Made by a program: the position numbers and the translations under genes. The notes under the pieces are model-generated. The model was not told where the DNA came from. It made no database searches and worked only from the letters and a program-made list of their open reading frames with translations. From Nageia nagi (taxonomy: Eukaryota; Plantae; Pinophyta), in the NCBI GenBank assembly GCA_050084985.1, contig JBITNC010000001.1, positions 81,778,001 to 81,842,000 on the forward strand: DNA of 64,000 bases, given 5' to 3'. This document shows positions 12,018 to 26,259 of the stretch, piece after piece (the stretch's first letter is position 1; the number at the start of each line of letters is the position of its first letter).

Positions 12018-13762
12018 TTTGTCTTAGATATTTTGCCTTGTTAAAAATCCTTACAAAGTGTTTGGGGTTATGTAAATATAAAGTGTTCATGTGTTATGTA
12101 ATTAGAAAGTATCCAGGGGTTACATAATTACAAAGTGTCTAGGAGTTGTGTAAATACAAAGTGTCCAAGGGTTATGTAAATATAGGTCTAAGATATCAAA
12201 TAGAGCCCATTGATTTTGAGTAACGATGTCATAGTTTTTGGCAAAAATTAGCTGGCCCCAAAATAGGTAATGGTAGGTGAAGATTCATAAAGATATCAAA
12301 CAAAGCCTGTTGATTTTGAGTGATGACATCATAGTTTTTGGTGAAAATCAACAAAACTTGGAATAGGCTATGGCAGGTGAAGATTCACAAAGATATCAAA
12401 TAGAGCCCATCGATTTTGAGTGATGACATCATAGTTTTTGACAAAAATCAGTGGGTCCTAGAACAGCAATGGTAGGTGAAGATTCACAAAGATATCAAAT
12501 AGAGCTTGTCAATTTTGAGTGATGATGTCATAGTTTTTGGCAAAAATTAATGGGTCTTGAAATGGGAAATGGCAAGTGAAGATTCATAAAGATATCAAAT
12601 AGAGCCCATCGATTTTGAGTGATGACATCATAGTTTTTGGCAAAAACCAATGGGTCCCAAAAGAGTATGACCATTAATAAAACCCAAAAAAAGGAAATGA
12701 GATCCACCAAACTAAGGTAAGAGTAATGGATAAGAAGTAACACTTGGTTCCACTTGATCTTGAATGTTTGATCCTCGGGGTCTTGTTAATATGTCAAATC
12801 CAACTCATTTTCACATAACAGTGGTAGTTCCTTCTTGAAGTAAGTTGATATATTATTCACAAATCCCCATTACTCTGTTCATTCACAACTACAATATGGA
12901 ATAATCAATAGTTGTAGAGAAGTAGATAGCTACCGATAGAGCACAGTGCCAAATTGTACCTATCAAATTGTAGATAAGTACTCATTCAATCAGCTATAGT
13001 GCCATTTTCAATCAACTATAGAGTTGAAGGAGCAATCAATGACATGTCAGAAGGATTATAGCTCTATGGGCATGACTATTTAAAAATTACAAATTTCTAG
13101 ATAGTCATGTTGTTGGTGCTTGTTCACTACATAATCTAGCATAGTTGTAGTATTTACTATGAATATTTTTCTACACTAACTACATTCAAGATATGTAATT
13201 ATGTATATTAATGAGATACAACCACCCAACAATGAAGAAAGATGTATAAATGGTATATTGTTAGAAATTAAAAAAGTTAGACATTTTAGCAAATTTTCCC
13301 AAGCCTGTAAGATGCTTTCACATATGATAATACAAATAGACAATGCTTTGCCCTCCTGCAACAAGTGGCTATTTATTGCTTTTGTGAAGGTTATATGTGA
13401 GATGTTTTCAAAAAATTATGGTTGTGTATTGTGATTGTGAGACCCCAGGGGTAAGATAGCTTGCTATTCTTCATCCTGACTATGGATTGTTTCCTGTGCT
13501 ACAATGCTCAAGTTGTATATTTCTTATTTTAGTTTTACTTCAATTCTTTATCTCTTTCCTATAACTTTTTACCTTTCTATCTCTTTCTTGTTACTCTAAA
13601 CCTTCACAACAGATAGGAACAAGCCTATAATCTAAAGATTGGATAGAAAACCAACACGAGTGCATTCCCACCACCTTCTACTCTCTTAAAGAACCTACTA
13701 TTGCAGGTAGTGTAGAACACAACCAGACCAAACCCCTTGAGGTTACACTATACCAGTCAACA
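12018..13762 (+). repeat. 3' LTR (minimum extent; true start lies further left and is unresolved)
   Basis: Collinear with 1-1822 and ends in CA; the flanking ctaac (13763-13767) is the candidate TSD. Confidence 0.9.
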
Positions 13763-14860
13763 CTAACCCTAAGATTATAATATCTAAAAGGGATCCCTAT
13801 GAGAAGTGGAGAGGATATAAAAGAGAAGATGTCGATGAATAGCATTGCAATAAGGGAGGGACCTAGTGCTATTCGAATCCTAGATGTGATGGATATTTGA
13901 AGGGCCATCAATTGTGAAGTTGGCTACCATATGATATCTAATTGAAGAACTAAGAATGATAAGGGTATACAGCCTTGAACTAAGCAAAAACTATAAGCTA
14001 TTACTCAAATCTCCCTTAACATCTAATGTTAAATCATTATTATCATATATTAAAAAGTGGTAATAAAGAATTATCTATGTTATCTCATTGATAAACCTAA
14101 GGAGGTATATTGATGTTGATCATAAATAAATCTATGGTGCCTAAGGTGGTGAGGTCATTTGGGAACCTAAATGTTGGTGCATGGTGAAGAACACAAATGA
14201 ACTAACATATTATTATTTGTGTGGGAGCTAAAAATGTATTGAGGGTTCTTAACCCCTAATAAAAGGAAGTAATGGGTTAAAATAAGGAAGTAATCAACCT
14301 AGTAATTATAAGAATATTTTATAGATATTTATTCCTATGAGAGATAACCTCATGAATATAAAGGCCCAAACATCATTACTCATGATATTAGAGAAAGATG
14401 GAGAGAAAATTGCTAGAGTGTTTGAATAAGAAGTGGAATCTCCTCTAAATCTCATAGCAAATAGGGTACTTGATGATAAAATGGTCCTTAGATTCCATTC
14501 ACCCTATGGAGCAAAGATGAGAAACATTGTCCTCATGTGGGATATGGTTTTCATATTTGACATGAAGTTGGTGGGTGCATACTCTCATCTATCCAAGTGG
14601 GGTTGTTAAGCCATGTGATAAATGATACCAACTCCAAGCATAGGAGGGATGATAAATGGTACCATTAACTACTTAGAGAAAGTATTTTGTATAATAGGCC
14701 AACTTTTATTGCTAAACGGTGAAGAACAAGTGCATATGATTAGAGTGTTTTGGTAGTAAATATTAGCTTGAATCAACTTACAAGTGTTCTCCTTCGAAGG
14801 ATGAGGTTTAGGGGGGTCAGCCAACATTTTTTGGAAGGGAGTAAGATGATCAATGGAAAA
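13763..14860 (+). mobile_element. Highly decayed gypsy-like integrase/3' remnant
   Basis: Only weak similarity to an integrase C-terminus, with purine-rich tracts near 14810-14845. Confidence 0.25.
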
Positions 14861-16188
14861 AATGATAAATTAGAGTAGCCAATGATCTTTGAGAACCAAT
14901 AATGTTAATATATATATAAGCATGAAGAGTTAATATCCTTAAAAGAGAAAAAGACTATAAATAAATATCTCCAATGAATAAAGATGAAGATATTTTTGGA
15001 TATTAATATATGGATATAGAGAATGATTTGAAAAATGCATTCAAAATGAAGAGGTGAAGCTTCGACATAAACTTCACTTTGTTGATATTGACAACAAATT
15101 ATCAACTATTACAAATATTAAATAAAAAATTTCATTATAAATATATTTTTATTATTGTACTTCTAATTACATATAATATATATCTTTTATTAAATATATT
15201 ACATATTTAAAGGCATATGCAAACATCGTGCTGGACGGAGACCTCTATCCTCATCAGATCGCTATTCAGGCAACCCATCGTATCTAATGTATCCATTACA
15301 TTTTTTAAAATCCTTATTTTTGGATATTCATTACAAAACATAGAAATCCAAAAATATCCACAATTTCTATTTTAATCATGTGTGGATACTCATATTAAAT
15401 AATTTTTATATAAAAAATAAGAAATCAAAATATAACAAATAAAATTTTATTATTTATTAAATTTCAAAAATCTTCAAAGAAAAAAATTAATTACAAATTT
15501 ATTTACAAGTAATTATGAATTTTTTTTAACTTGAGTATTTTACAGTTTAAATATTTTAATCCTTTTTTGTTCATATATTACCTCTTGCAAATATTTGGCT
15601 ATATAAATATTTCATATTTTATTTCAATCACTTGTTTTCAACAAAGGTAAGGGTTATTTATTAATGCCTAACTTCGTGACTCTCCTCATATAAATTGATG
15701 TGATTATCAATTCATCATTTATAATTTTATTTTTAATAACTTTTAAAATATATATTTATACATAGGTAACATGTATTTTTTTTATGCATTTATTAGGTAG
15801 TTCATTAGATTTTTATTATGTGAAGATTGATTTAGTAATAAAATATAGTAAAATTGAAATAAGCTAAAGAAATATGTAAAAGAGGATTTACATTAGTAAT
15901 TATTAGATAAAATTAAAAGTTAAAATTATTATAATACTTTTTTGATATTGATTTTTAGTTTTTATGAATATAGATTTAGATGATTTGTTTGCATGGTTTA
16001 ATAGGAGAGTGAGTGGTTGAATTTTGTTCTATAGGGTATGGAAGTTGATTGTGGTGGAATTGTTTGTGTTTATTGATATTCAATGATTTATTATATTGGA
16101 ATAATTGGTTGGATGTGAAGAACTTGATGAGTTTGTGTGCTAATTTGATTTTGAAAGAATAGTTAAGTTTAAAGGATTGTGATTCTTG

Positions 16189-19100
16189 TCACCAAGATGG
16201 ATGAGTAGAACTTTCAAAAATTAGGTTTGAAGTTGAGGTCACCAAGATTCTTTTTGGTCACCAACTGGAGTTGTTCACCAATGAGAGGATCACCGTCAAA
16301 GTGTTGTAATTTTGGCAATTCTGAAATAGGTTCATGTAAAGTATGGTTGAAAAGTTGATGAAGTAAGATTTTCAATGATGAAGTACCCACAAGGAATAGA
16401 GAAAAGGAACTTTGTTGTTTTCATAGTTGACAGGTTGCACACATAGGTGGAAATGATGTCACACAAAATTGATGATTCTCAAAGGATTCTTCAAGTGTTA
16501 TACATGGATGGAAACATGATGAAGTCTACCTTATAATGGTTCAAGAATAAGCTTAATATGATGGATACATATTTGGTGATTCTTGGAAACATGAAGGCCT
16601 ATCAAACTAGAAAGTGTATGGAGCGAGTTGACTATGTGTGAAAAATATGAATGAAGGGTGGCAAAACTCACATGAAGTATGACATGTAATATAATGTTAT
16701 AAAGGTAGAAATAAGGGATTTCTAAACATAAAATGCCCATAACTATATGATATGTGTGGTGAAAGAAATAGCCCCCAAAAGCTTACTATTTCCAATAAGA
16801 AAAAATATAGAAAATATGTTTTTACAAAAGATGTGTGAAAAATAAACACACAAAATGAATGGAAGACACAACTTAGTACTTTAAATACCAAATAAGAATG
16901 TAATAGAATTCCTTCTATTGCTCTGAATAAATATTGCATGCTTTAATTAAATATTACATACTACATGCCTTAGAAAGTGCAAACATGAGCAATTATTCAC
17001 ATATAAAATGTGTCAGTATAGTGCATCTAAGGCAATCGACACCATCATGCACCAAAGAAATGTATTTTAGTCTTCTCAGCGAGTTGAAATAAAATTTTCA
17101 TATTGTTATTATAGGGATCAACATAATCATCATTTGAGTTGATATTAAGGATCCTAAGAAAAGCCATGAAGGCTTGGTTTGTCTCTCTAAATCTCTCCAC
17201 TATGAATCACTAGGATTCAACTATGGACCTCAAGGATCCATCTGTGCAATTAGGAGTGTTCACCAAACTAAATTTGATAAAACCTCAAGGACTTGATAGT
17301 AGAAGAGATCAAACATGGTACCATGGGGCACTCATGGGCTACTATTGGGAAGCACACACATCTCTCAACACCATAGGCGTAGAAGGCTCTGGATAATCCA
17401 TACTAAGGAATAATAATTACAAGTGAGAAGCAACTAGTGGGAGAAAATAACCTGTGAGAGAGAAGTAGGTCGTTGCATAACAAGTAGTGAGAAAAAATCT
17501 AGTTGTTGGTAAAAAGCAAACCATAATGGTTGTGTTAAGATCAACCATATATAGACCCTACAACTCCATGAGACGAGCATATGTGTGTTGGAGAAGAGTC
17601 CATGGAGTTGTTGGAGGAGTAATGGTGTGATACAATATATGGTGATGGAGTGTGTCAGAAGATAATACATTGTATCGATGGAGTATTATAATGAATAAGT
17701 ATGATGAACACCATTCTTACCCATGTGAGGATCTTTCAAAAAAATTATTGTATATCTCTTGATTGTACCATTGTAGTCAATGATGCCAGTTCATTAAGGC
17801 ATCTAAGTGATCTTTGTCACATGAAATTCGATGTGTAGATTGATTTATTCCATAAAAATTGAAACATTGCAACATTACAAATTAATCATTCTCCCCTTTA
17901 ATGTAAAATATTTTATACTCCACATGAAAAAATGATGGTGATTCCCCTAGATCTCATCATGTTGTCATTCATAGGTTCATTGAATCTATTTTGGATTGAG
18001 TTTCCTTTGATACCATGTTAGAATTGTAAGGTTTATGAGTTTCCAAGGATGGTGAACTACAAGATCAAGCTTTTATACCATTGAAGAATTTGATGTTTGC
18101 CAACCTCTAAGTGTTGATAAACAAATTCAAACATTATCAAACTTTGATACCAACCTTCAACTCAATTACTAAAGGATTTGAAGAGCTTCATGAGCTCTAA
18201 TGATATGAATATATCATTAAAGTTATGTTGAAGTATGATGAACATCCAAACTACCAGATATGTATTGACCAAGGAATATGACGACCAATGTAAATGTAAT
18301 GATGAATTTGCTAAATAAAATGTCGAAAAAATATACCTTATGATATATGGTTGGAAAGGTATCGAAGAGGTATTTCCAATAATTTATCTCAACACCAATA
18401 TGGATGAGTATAACTTTGGTGAATTGGATCTGAAGTTGAGATCATCAAGATGCTTTTTGGTTGCTAATTGGAGTTGTTCACCAAAGATAAGATCACCTTC
18501 AAAGAGTTATAAATTTCATGATTCTAGAGCAAAGTGGGTCATGTAAAGTATGGTTGGAAATCCAATGGAATAATATTACCAATGATAAAGTACCCACAAG
18601 GAATAGAGAAAAGGAACTTTGGTGTTTTAATAATTGATAGGTTGCACACAAAGGTGGAAATGATATTGCATAACATTGATGATTCTCAAAGGATTCACCA
18701 AGTGTTATACATGCATAATGAATTTTACTTTCCAATGGTTCAAGAATCATGTCAAGAGGATGGATACATCTTTGGTGATTCTTGGTGACATGAAGGCTTG
18801 TTGAATTGGAAATTATATGGACTAAGTTGAATGTATATGAAAAATATGAATGAAGAGTGGAAAAAACTCATACAAAGTATGGTATTTAATATAGTGTTGG
18901 AAAGGTGGAAATAAGGGCTTTCCAAATGTCAAATTATTATAATAAAAAAAAAAAAGGTGGACAAAATAAAAGCCCTCAAAAGTTTTTCCTATAAAAAAAA
19001 ATATTTATTAAAAAAAAACACTAAAATGAATAAATACCTCAGTATTTATAAATATGAAACCAAAATGAATGAACTCAATGAGTAAATGCAAAAGAATGGA

Positions 19101-20142
19101 TTGATCATTTTATTTATCTAAATAAAGATTACATGCTCGAAATGAAGATTACAGACTACATATTTTATAAATTATAAACATAGGCAGTTCTTCAAATACA
19201 AAATGTTTCAGTATAGTGCATCTAAGGCTCTCAATACTACCATGCACCAAAGAGATGTGTTATAGTCTTATATCAATGGGTTGAAAGATAATCAACACAT
19301 TATTAATATAGGTATTAGTAGAATCATTGGTTGGGTTGATCTTAAGGATCCCCAATGAAGCCATGAAGGCTTGGTCTATTTCTCCAAATCTCTTTGATAT
19401 GAATAGCTAGGATTTAACTATGGACCTTAGGGATCATCTATACAATTGGGAGTGTTCACCAAACTACATTTGAGAAAACCTCGAGGGCTTAACAGTAGAA
19501 AAGATCAAACATGGTACCATGGGGTACTCATAGGTTGCTACTAAGAAACACACACCTCTCTCAACGCTATAGGCGAAGGAGGCTCTAGCTAAGCCATACT
19601 GAAAAATATCAGTTATGAGTGAGCAGCAATTGGTGGCAAAAAATAGCCTACAAGAAAGAATCAAGTCATTGCATAGTAGGCAGAGAGTTGGTTGTTTGTA
19701 GCAAGTAAACCATAATTGGTGTATTGAGATTAGTCACATATAGACCATGCAACTCCATGAGACTAATAGATGTGTGTTGGAGAAGAGTCCATGGAGTTGT
19801 TTGAGGAGTAATGGAACGATACACTATCTGGTGATGGAATATGTCAAAAGATAATACAATGTATCAGTGGAGTATTACAACAAATATGTGGTATGGCGAC
19901 CATGCATACCCATGTGAGGATTTATTAGAAAATTTAAGGAAAATCGCTTATTTGTACCATTGAAAGGAGTAAATGAGACATTAAATATCTTCATTGAATC
20001 ATTGCAAGTTGTTGATGGAGAGGTGATTATGGGTTTTTGATATTAGGTTGTTGAGGCATCCATGTGATCTCCGTGGCATGGAAGTTGACATGCAAATCAA
20101 TTTCTTCCATAAAAAATGAAACATTGCAACATTACAAATTAA
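16189..20142 (-). mobile_element. Non-autonomous LTR element: two long diverged LTRs around a ~190-bp internal region
   Basis: Direct repeats at about 16189-17888 and 18082-20142; minus-strand PPT AAAGGGGAGAA at 17889-17899; iMet PBS-like motifs at 18004-18015, 18069-18080 and 18141-18152. The left LTR is truncated. Confidence 0.8.
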
Positions 20143-20149
20143 GGAAATT

Positions 20150-21520
20150 TAAAAGGGTATTTTTGAAAAAATATAATAATGTAGATTCAACATCTCATAC
20201 TATGAGGCCAATGTAAATAAAACATAAGGATTCAATAGAAGACTACATCAATGAATTCATGATTATCCTCAACTTTATAAGGGGTGTACTTTTGGTATAT
20301 GGAATTCCAAAATTAGAAGTGGGTTCGAGGAGATCAAGAGGGAATTGAGCTTAATGATCCTTAATAAATTAGAAAGGCTAAAATTTTGGCCAAGGTAGTC
20401 AAAGAAAGACCAATATATCAACATTTCAAATAAGAAGATATTACAAAATAAGACATTGTCTAAAAAATAAGAGAAGATGAAGAGCTAAGAGTATCTACTT
20501 CAATTATAAATGAAAATAGAATAGAGGATATGTGTTTGAAGATGGAATAAATTTTACCATTGATATGAAAGATTATGAAGAAGAGTATCCCCAAGAAGAA
20601 ATAAAGCATGATGAATATCCCATTCAAGAATTAAAGATATTAGAAAATGAGTTGATGGGTAGTCATTATTGCATTGATGGGGATGGCATATCACTAAACA
20701 ATCAAGATATGTACTTTTAATAAGAATATAAGGATTATTATTATACTAATTAATTTGGGTAGCTCTCTTAATTCCATCAATAGAGATATAGCAAAGAAAT
20801 AAGATTTATGTGTAAGAATTAGAAAACTTTAATTTGCTAATTAATGATGAAGGTACTAATTATGTATGAGATTTTTTTAATGTAATACTTACTATTAGTG
20901 TATTAGAGGATAATTGTGTATGAAATTAATAACCATGCATATACTGATTGGATTAAATGTAGTGTTAGGTTCACAATAAATGACTCAATTAATTGATGTT
21001 ACTATAAATGTTCAAAAGGTGTTATGTCCAATGGGCAAAAAATAGAAGGGTTACAATCACCTACTTCAAAACTCATAAATTCATATTATATGGATAAGAT
21101 ACTCAAAAAAATAAGAAAGATTATTGGTGGCACAAATTTTCTCTATAGAGATCAGGAAGAGGAACAAAATAACATGTTTGTCATACAAAAAAATTGAATA
21201 AGATTGAAACGAAATTTTAAGAACCTCAAGGATTTCCTCTTGTTGGAATTCATGATCCTATAATTAACTTGGTTTTTGAAAGTCAACCAACGAATATTAA
21301 ACCATCTAAATATCTTCACAAAAAAAAAAATAAGATTGAAAAGTTAGTAAGAGAAATGTTGGAGTAAAGTATCATTCATCCAAGCATTGATCCATATTTA
21401 TCTTTATGGATAATGGTAAAGAAGAAAGATGACTCTTAAAAGAATGTATCTAGATTTGTGTGATCTCAATAGAACTGCTATTAAACATAAGTTTCTTATC
21501 ATATTATTTAAAGTTTATAA
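20150..21520 (+). pseudogene. Decayed chromovirus-like Ty3/gypsy gag-PR-RT fragment
   Basis: Protease-like LINLGSSLNSI (about 20750) and LNVVLG (about 20955); RT N-terminus QPTNIKPSKY...KIEKLVREMLE.SIIHPS...MVKKKDDS (21280-21440). Confidence 0.7.
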
Positions 21521-21812
21521 AGTAAATTGAATGTTGCTAAAAAAAAAAAAAAAATTACTTAGTTAGATTTTACTATAATAAAATTAGAATCAATTAAGTA
21601 TTAGAATATTTGTAGCGATATAATATTAATTCATAATACTCTACTCTTTTGGTATCTTTCTTATGTCTCTTTCAATAAGAGTATGTATATGCTTAGCCAC
21701 GAATTAATGTTGGATTTTGACATTCAGAGAAGAAGCCTGGTTTCTGCTTTAAACCCCCCATTCGCTTCTGTTTTTGCACAACAAAAAGGAAAACGTCATG
21801 GGTGTTGTAAAA

Positions 21813-21886
21813 TTCCATTGCCGGGATTTGAACCCGGGTCATCTGGGTGAAAGCCAGGTATCCTAACCGGACTAGACGACAATGGA
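21813..21886 (-). tRNA. tRNA-Glu (anticodon UUC)
   Basis: Reverse complement TCCATTGTCGTCTAGTCCGGTTAGGATACCTGGCTTTCACCCAGATGACCCGGGTTCAAATCCCGGCAATGGAA: paired acceptor stem, T-arm with B box and downstream oligo-T terminators. Confidence 0.93.
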
Positions 21887-22699
21887 GACGTATACAATCA
21901 TGTGTATAGGATTTTCTATTCTACTACCAACAAAACAATCTACACAACCTTATTTATCTTTACAATTAACTTACAAATATTAAAAATAAAATGATGTTAT
22001 ATTTGTGGATTTTTGAAAGATAATGTTTTTTTCACCTCATCTAAATAAAGAGTATAGAATTAAATAAAGAAAATTAGACAATGTACGTGATTATTGGAGA
22101 TATTCTTTCATATCCATCGAGTAAGTATGTGGTGAACTTTTTATTAATATTATTACGCACGTGAAATTTATTAAAATATTCTATCATTAATCAACCATGA
22201 AAAAAATATGAGTGAATGAATAATTAATGATGTCTTTTAAAGTACTTTATATCCAATGGTTTGTAGGACCTATAAAAAATTGTCTAAAGAAAAATTTATA
22301 TCATTTATTTAATAAAATGATTGTTTCTAACAAAATTAAAAATGTACATATGAATTTATACAAACATACAAGTTTAAAACATACTCATTGTTAAGATATA
22401 ATATCTAGAATGAAACACTTCAATAAGGTCCATGAAAGACATAATATCTAGAATGAAACATTTCATAATAATTTAAACAAACTTGATTGCTTCTCTCATT
22501 TAGAGTTCCCTCAATAAAGTATACCAAGAAGATCAAAAAAAGAATGACAAAATATAACATCTAAAAAAAGAAATCAAAGCTCAAATTGAAAATTAATTCC
22601 AATAAATGATTGTAAACCAAATAACCTTATAAAATAGATATTATTTATCTTACTCCTCATGTTTTTCATACTATCTCATCTTGTCTCTTAGCCTATTAT

Positions 22700-24900
22700 C
22701 TTGCTCAACCATAATCTTAACCATGTCTACATAGAAAGCCAAACATCTCACTAACCTACACCATATACAAGATCTTATCATGTTAGAAAATATTTTCTCT
22801 AAAGCCCTTTGGTTAGTCATCATTGAATCCTTTCCTCATACCATCAACACCCCATCCATTCATCCTTGTCATGGTCATTGCCCTCGTAACTCATGGTTTA
22901 ACAATGAATGCAATACCCTTTATAAATTCACCTACTCTATTATGTAACACAACCCCTTTATGGCTAAAGAGGCCCACAAAGCTCATTGTAACCTTCTCCA
23001 AAAGAAAAATAGACAATATGTTGTTATAAAAAGATTTAAGATCATCAATATGTTGAAGATAAATGTTAAGAGCTTATGGTACCTCTTTCTACCTAAGTCT
23101 TATCTATTCTTTATCACCAACTTGCATGTTTTATTAACCTATACATCCACCCGCTACAGCATCCCAAATCAACTCTCCATTATTTTCAACCCTTAACCTC
23201 ACCCTTGTTTCTTCATTAATAAAATGGTTCTACAAGTTATCCATAAACTCCAAACTGGTAAAGCTATAGATCTTGAAAACCTAAATATTGAATTCCTCAA
23301 ATATAGTTCAACAATCTTATTTGTCCATATTGTTGAAATGTTTAACTACATCTCTTATCAAGGGTTTCCCCCCTCTTGGAGATACAATATCATCAATTCC
23401 ATTTATAGAATAGTGTTGATCCTAGTAATTATAGAATAATTATGGTCAACCACAACTAACATTAGGACCAAGTGCAAGTTGTTTTGTAAACAATTCCATT
23501 GTTCCAATTTTTCTCTTTACGGATGAAATCATTTTACTATCGCATACAACAGTTAAGCTTCAACATCATATTGACACCCTAAGTGCCTTTCAAGTTACTC
23601 ATACCATCGAAGTCAATCTTAAAAAGACAAAGGTGATGTCCTTTAATACATCAAGAGCATATGCTTCCAAAATCCAACTAACTTTTCAAGCGAAACATAT
23701 TGAGGCAATTACCTCATGCACCTCTTTGGGTGTGCTCTTCATGGGTCCTACTTTCAACTTGAACCTAGCCTCATATAACGTATTAAATAAAGGCAATGTC
23801 GTAATTATCACACTCAAGAGATAGTACTTTCAACTCTAATTCCAAGATATCATGGAAAAAAATAAGCTCTTTTATGTTCTTATCTATCTAACCCTTCTTT
23901 AGGGATGTGAAGTATGGGGACCTAACTTGAGACATTCCAGTTGGGCTCGCATCGAGAGGGTTTTAGTCAACATGCTCTCAACATCCATTCAATCCAAACT
24001 AATTATCCCTCATTCCATCATTTTGACTGGATTTGATGCATATCCTATGTTTTCTTTTACATTATTCCATTTTAGCAAGCTTATGAATAGAACAAATCAT
24101 ATGCTTTCAACAACTCCTAACTCGAAGAGATAGCCTCTTTTAGCAATGAAATTCTCAATACAACTTGCAAGCAAAGGTATTCATTTGTGATAGTACTCAT
24201 AATAAATCTTCTCCTACAATCCATAGGCCTAAATATCGAGAATATATCTCAACTCCTAAATAGGACATTTGATACTTATACAATATATATAAACAAAACG
24301 ATCAAGAAATTAATCTACTCAACTTACTTGATGACAACTTGGATGTAACTAATAAAACTACTTTCACCAAAGCTCTTACATAAATATCAAATTTCTCCCT
24401 TGGCCAAATAAGGGTTTTCTCACACCAACTTTGTATTGAGATAAACCATCATATCCCTAGAGACCAATGTATATGTAAATTATGAAGAGGATTTCATATT
24501 CATTTGGCCAATCAATTATGAAATTTGAGTTCAGTTTCATTATTTATTTAGGGGTATCTATATTTTGAGATCCTAAATGAATTATGAAGATAAAAAATTA
24601 TGTTACACTCTATATCAAGGTAGCCACTTGCCTCAAACATAAAGTAATCACTAATAAATCTCACAGTACAACGATTTCCAAACTTATCATATGTTATTTT
24701 CAACTATATGAAATTACAAATTAGAAGCATCACATGAACCCTAAAGACTCTAGAAGGATCACTCGTCAATGTTTATTATTAAGCCCACTAATGTTACTCC
24801 CTCTAGTTGCAACATTAAGAATTCCTTTTTGACCTCAAATGTTGAAGGATCCCCCTGACTCTCTATATGTAGACTTTCTACCTCACTCATCCTTATTGTA
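22700..24900 (+). mobile_element. Degenerate non-LTR retrotransposon (LINE) ORF2 remnant
   Basis: IHKLQTGKAIDL..LNIEFLK...MFNYISYQGFPPSW, VNLKKTKVMSF, PTLL.GCEVWG, and C-terminal SHQLCIE...CICKL; boundaries approximate. Confidence 0.75.
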
Positions 24901-26259
24901 TTCAACACTCTTTTTTATCTATTTATTATTCATACACATCGAAGCTACATTAGGTGCTTCATAGCTCTTCCTATATGTATTTTTTGCAATCCCATTGACC
25001 ATATTTTTGTCACCTAAGGATATTAATATAAAATTCCAATTTCAATTATTATTATTATTACCATTACACCTAGAACTCTCAACCTTTCTAAACTTTATAG
25101 TCTTAAACTCTTTGAGATAATGACCTTGTTAAAACAAATGCAAATCTAATTTAAGAAAAAATGGATCAATTTAAAGAATTATTAAAATATGTGAAGAGGC
25201 CTATCCAAAACTATTCCAGAATTATAATGCAGAGTTAAAGCAAATCATACACAATAATCACACAAACACAAATAAACATAAGAGATTTATCCTAGTTCAT
25301 CCAGTGTCAACTACATCTAATAACCAAGAGTTTTTCCTCTTTCCATGTTATTGTTCACACCTTTATAGCGTACCACAAATGGCACATTGCAATCAATATA
25401 TAAGAAACTCTTATTACCCTAAACCACAACATGATATTAGAATACCATGGGTTCAATATCACCCATCATCGCATCTTAGTGATACATTGGAAATCCCACC
25501 AACGTTGTGTGTGAATCTAGAAAATCTCATATTCCTCTCTCATGACTTATTCACTTAGCCAAATCATCCATAACCATCCCAAACTATATGGTCTTGAAAT
25601 CCTAAAATTTTGAACCTTTACCAATAAGGAAGATCCTATGCATCGCACTAGGAAACTCAAAGAATTATGCATTATTTTTTAAATGATAATAGATTTTAAG
25701 ATAGTCTTTTTTTAAGAATCTTTTAGGCTATACATCTGAATGGTTTTGTAATTTACTAAGAAATTCCATCTTTAACTTCTCTTACCTTGTAAACCTTTTT
25801 ATGGATCACTTCAATATTTTGATTATCAAACACATGATTCTTTCTCAATTAAATACTATAAAATAAACATATAATCAATCATTAAATAATTTTATGATCC
25901 AATGGATCTCTCAAAATTAAATATTGATCCTATCCAATCATATAGGGCAACTTTTGGAGGCATAACTTTTCAACTTTAGCTTTGTTTGACCCTGTTCAAA
26001 GAGCATTGCAAAATGTATGTTGTGTAGAATCATATGAAAGAGTATAAATTCTTTTTTATAAAGTTTGGACCCTACACCCCACTTAGCAAAGCCAATAATT
26101 ATAAATATGTGAAATTATCTAAAAAATGAAAGTTAACATAAAAACTATATAAGTGCATTTTTAATTAAGTCAAATTCCACGTAAGGATAAGATATGGAAT
26201 GCTAAATAATTTAATTCCCATTTTGTTACTCATGAAAGGTGAACAACCATATTTAAAAC

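Larger units (their letters stand above)
1..13762 (+). mobile_element. Ty3/gypsy LTR retrotransposon, Tat clade (aRH before RT), degenerate; left end outside window
   Basis: Two collinear LTR copies (1-1822 and 12018-13762), Arg-type PBS motifs after the 5' LTR, and gag, protease, aRH, RT, RH and integrase motifs in that order with many stops and frameshifts. Confidence 0.93.

Noticed and set aside
16531-19664. Short ORFs in the 16-20 kb repeats as protein-coding genes
   Set aside because: They lie in LTR sequence, are not conserved in frame between the two copies, and show no domain motifs.
25100-25950. Possible solo LTR
   Set aside because: LTR-like composition, but no convincing termini or TSD.
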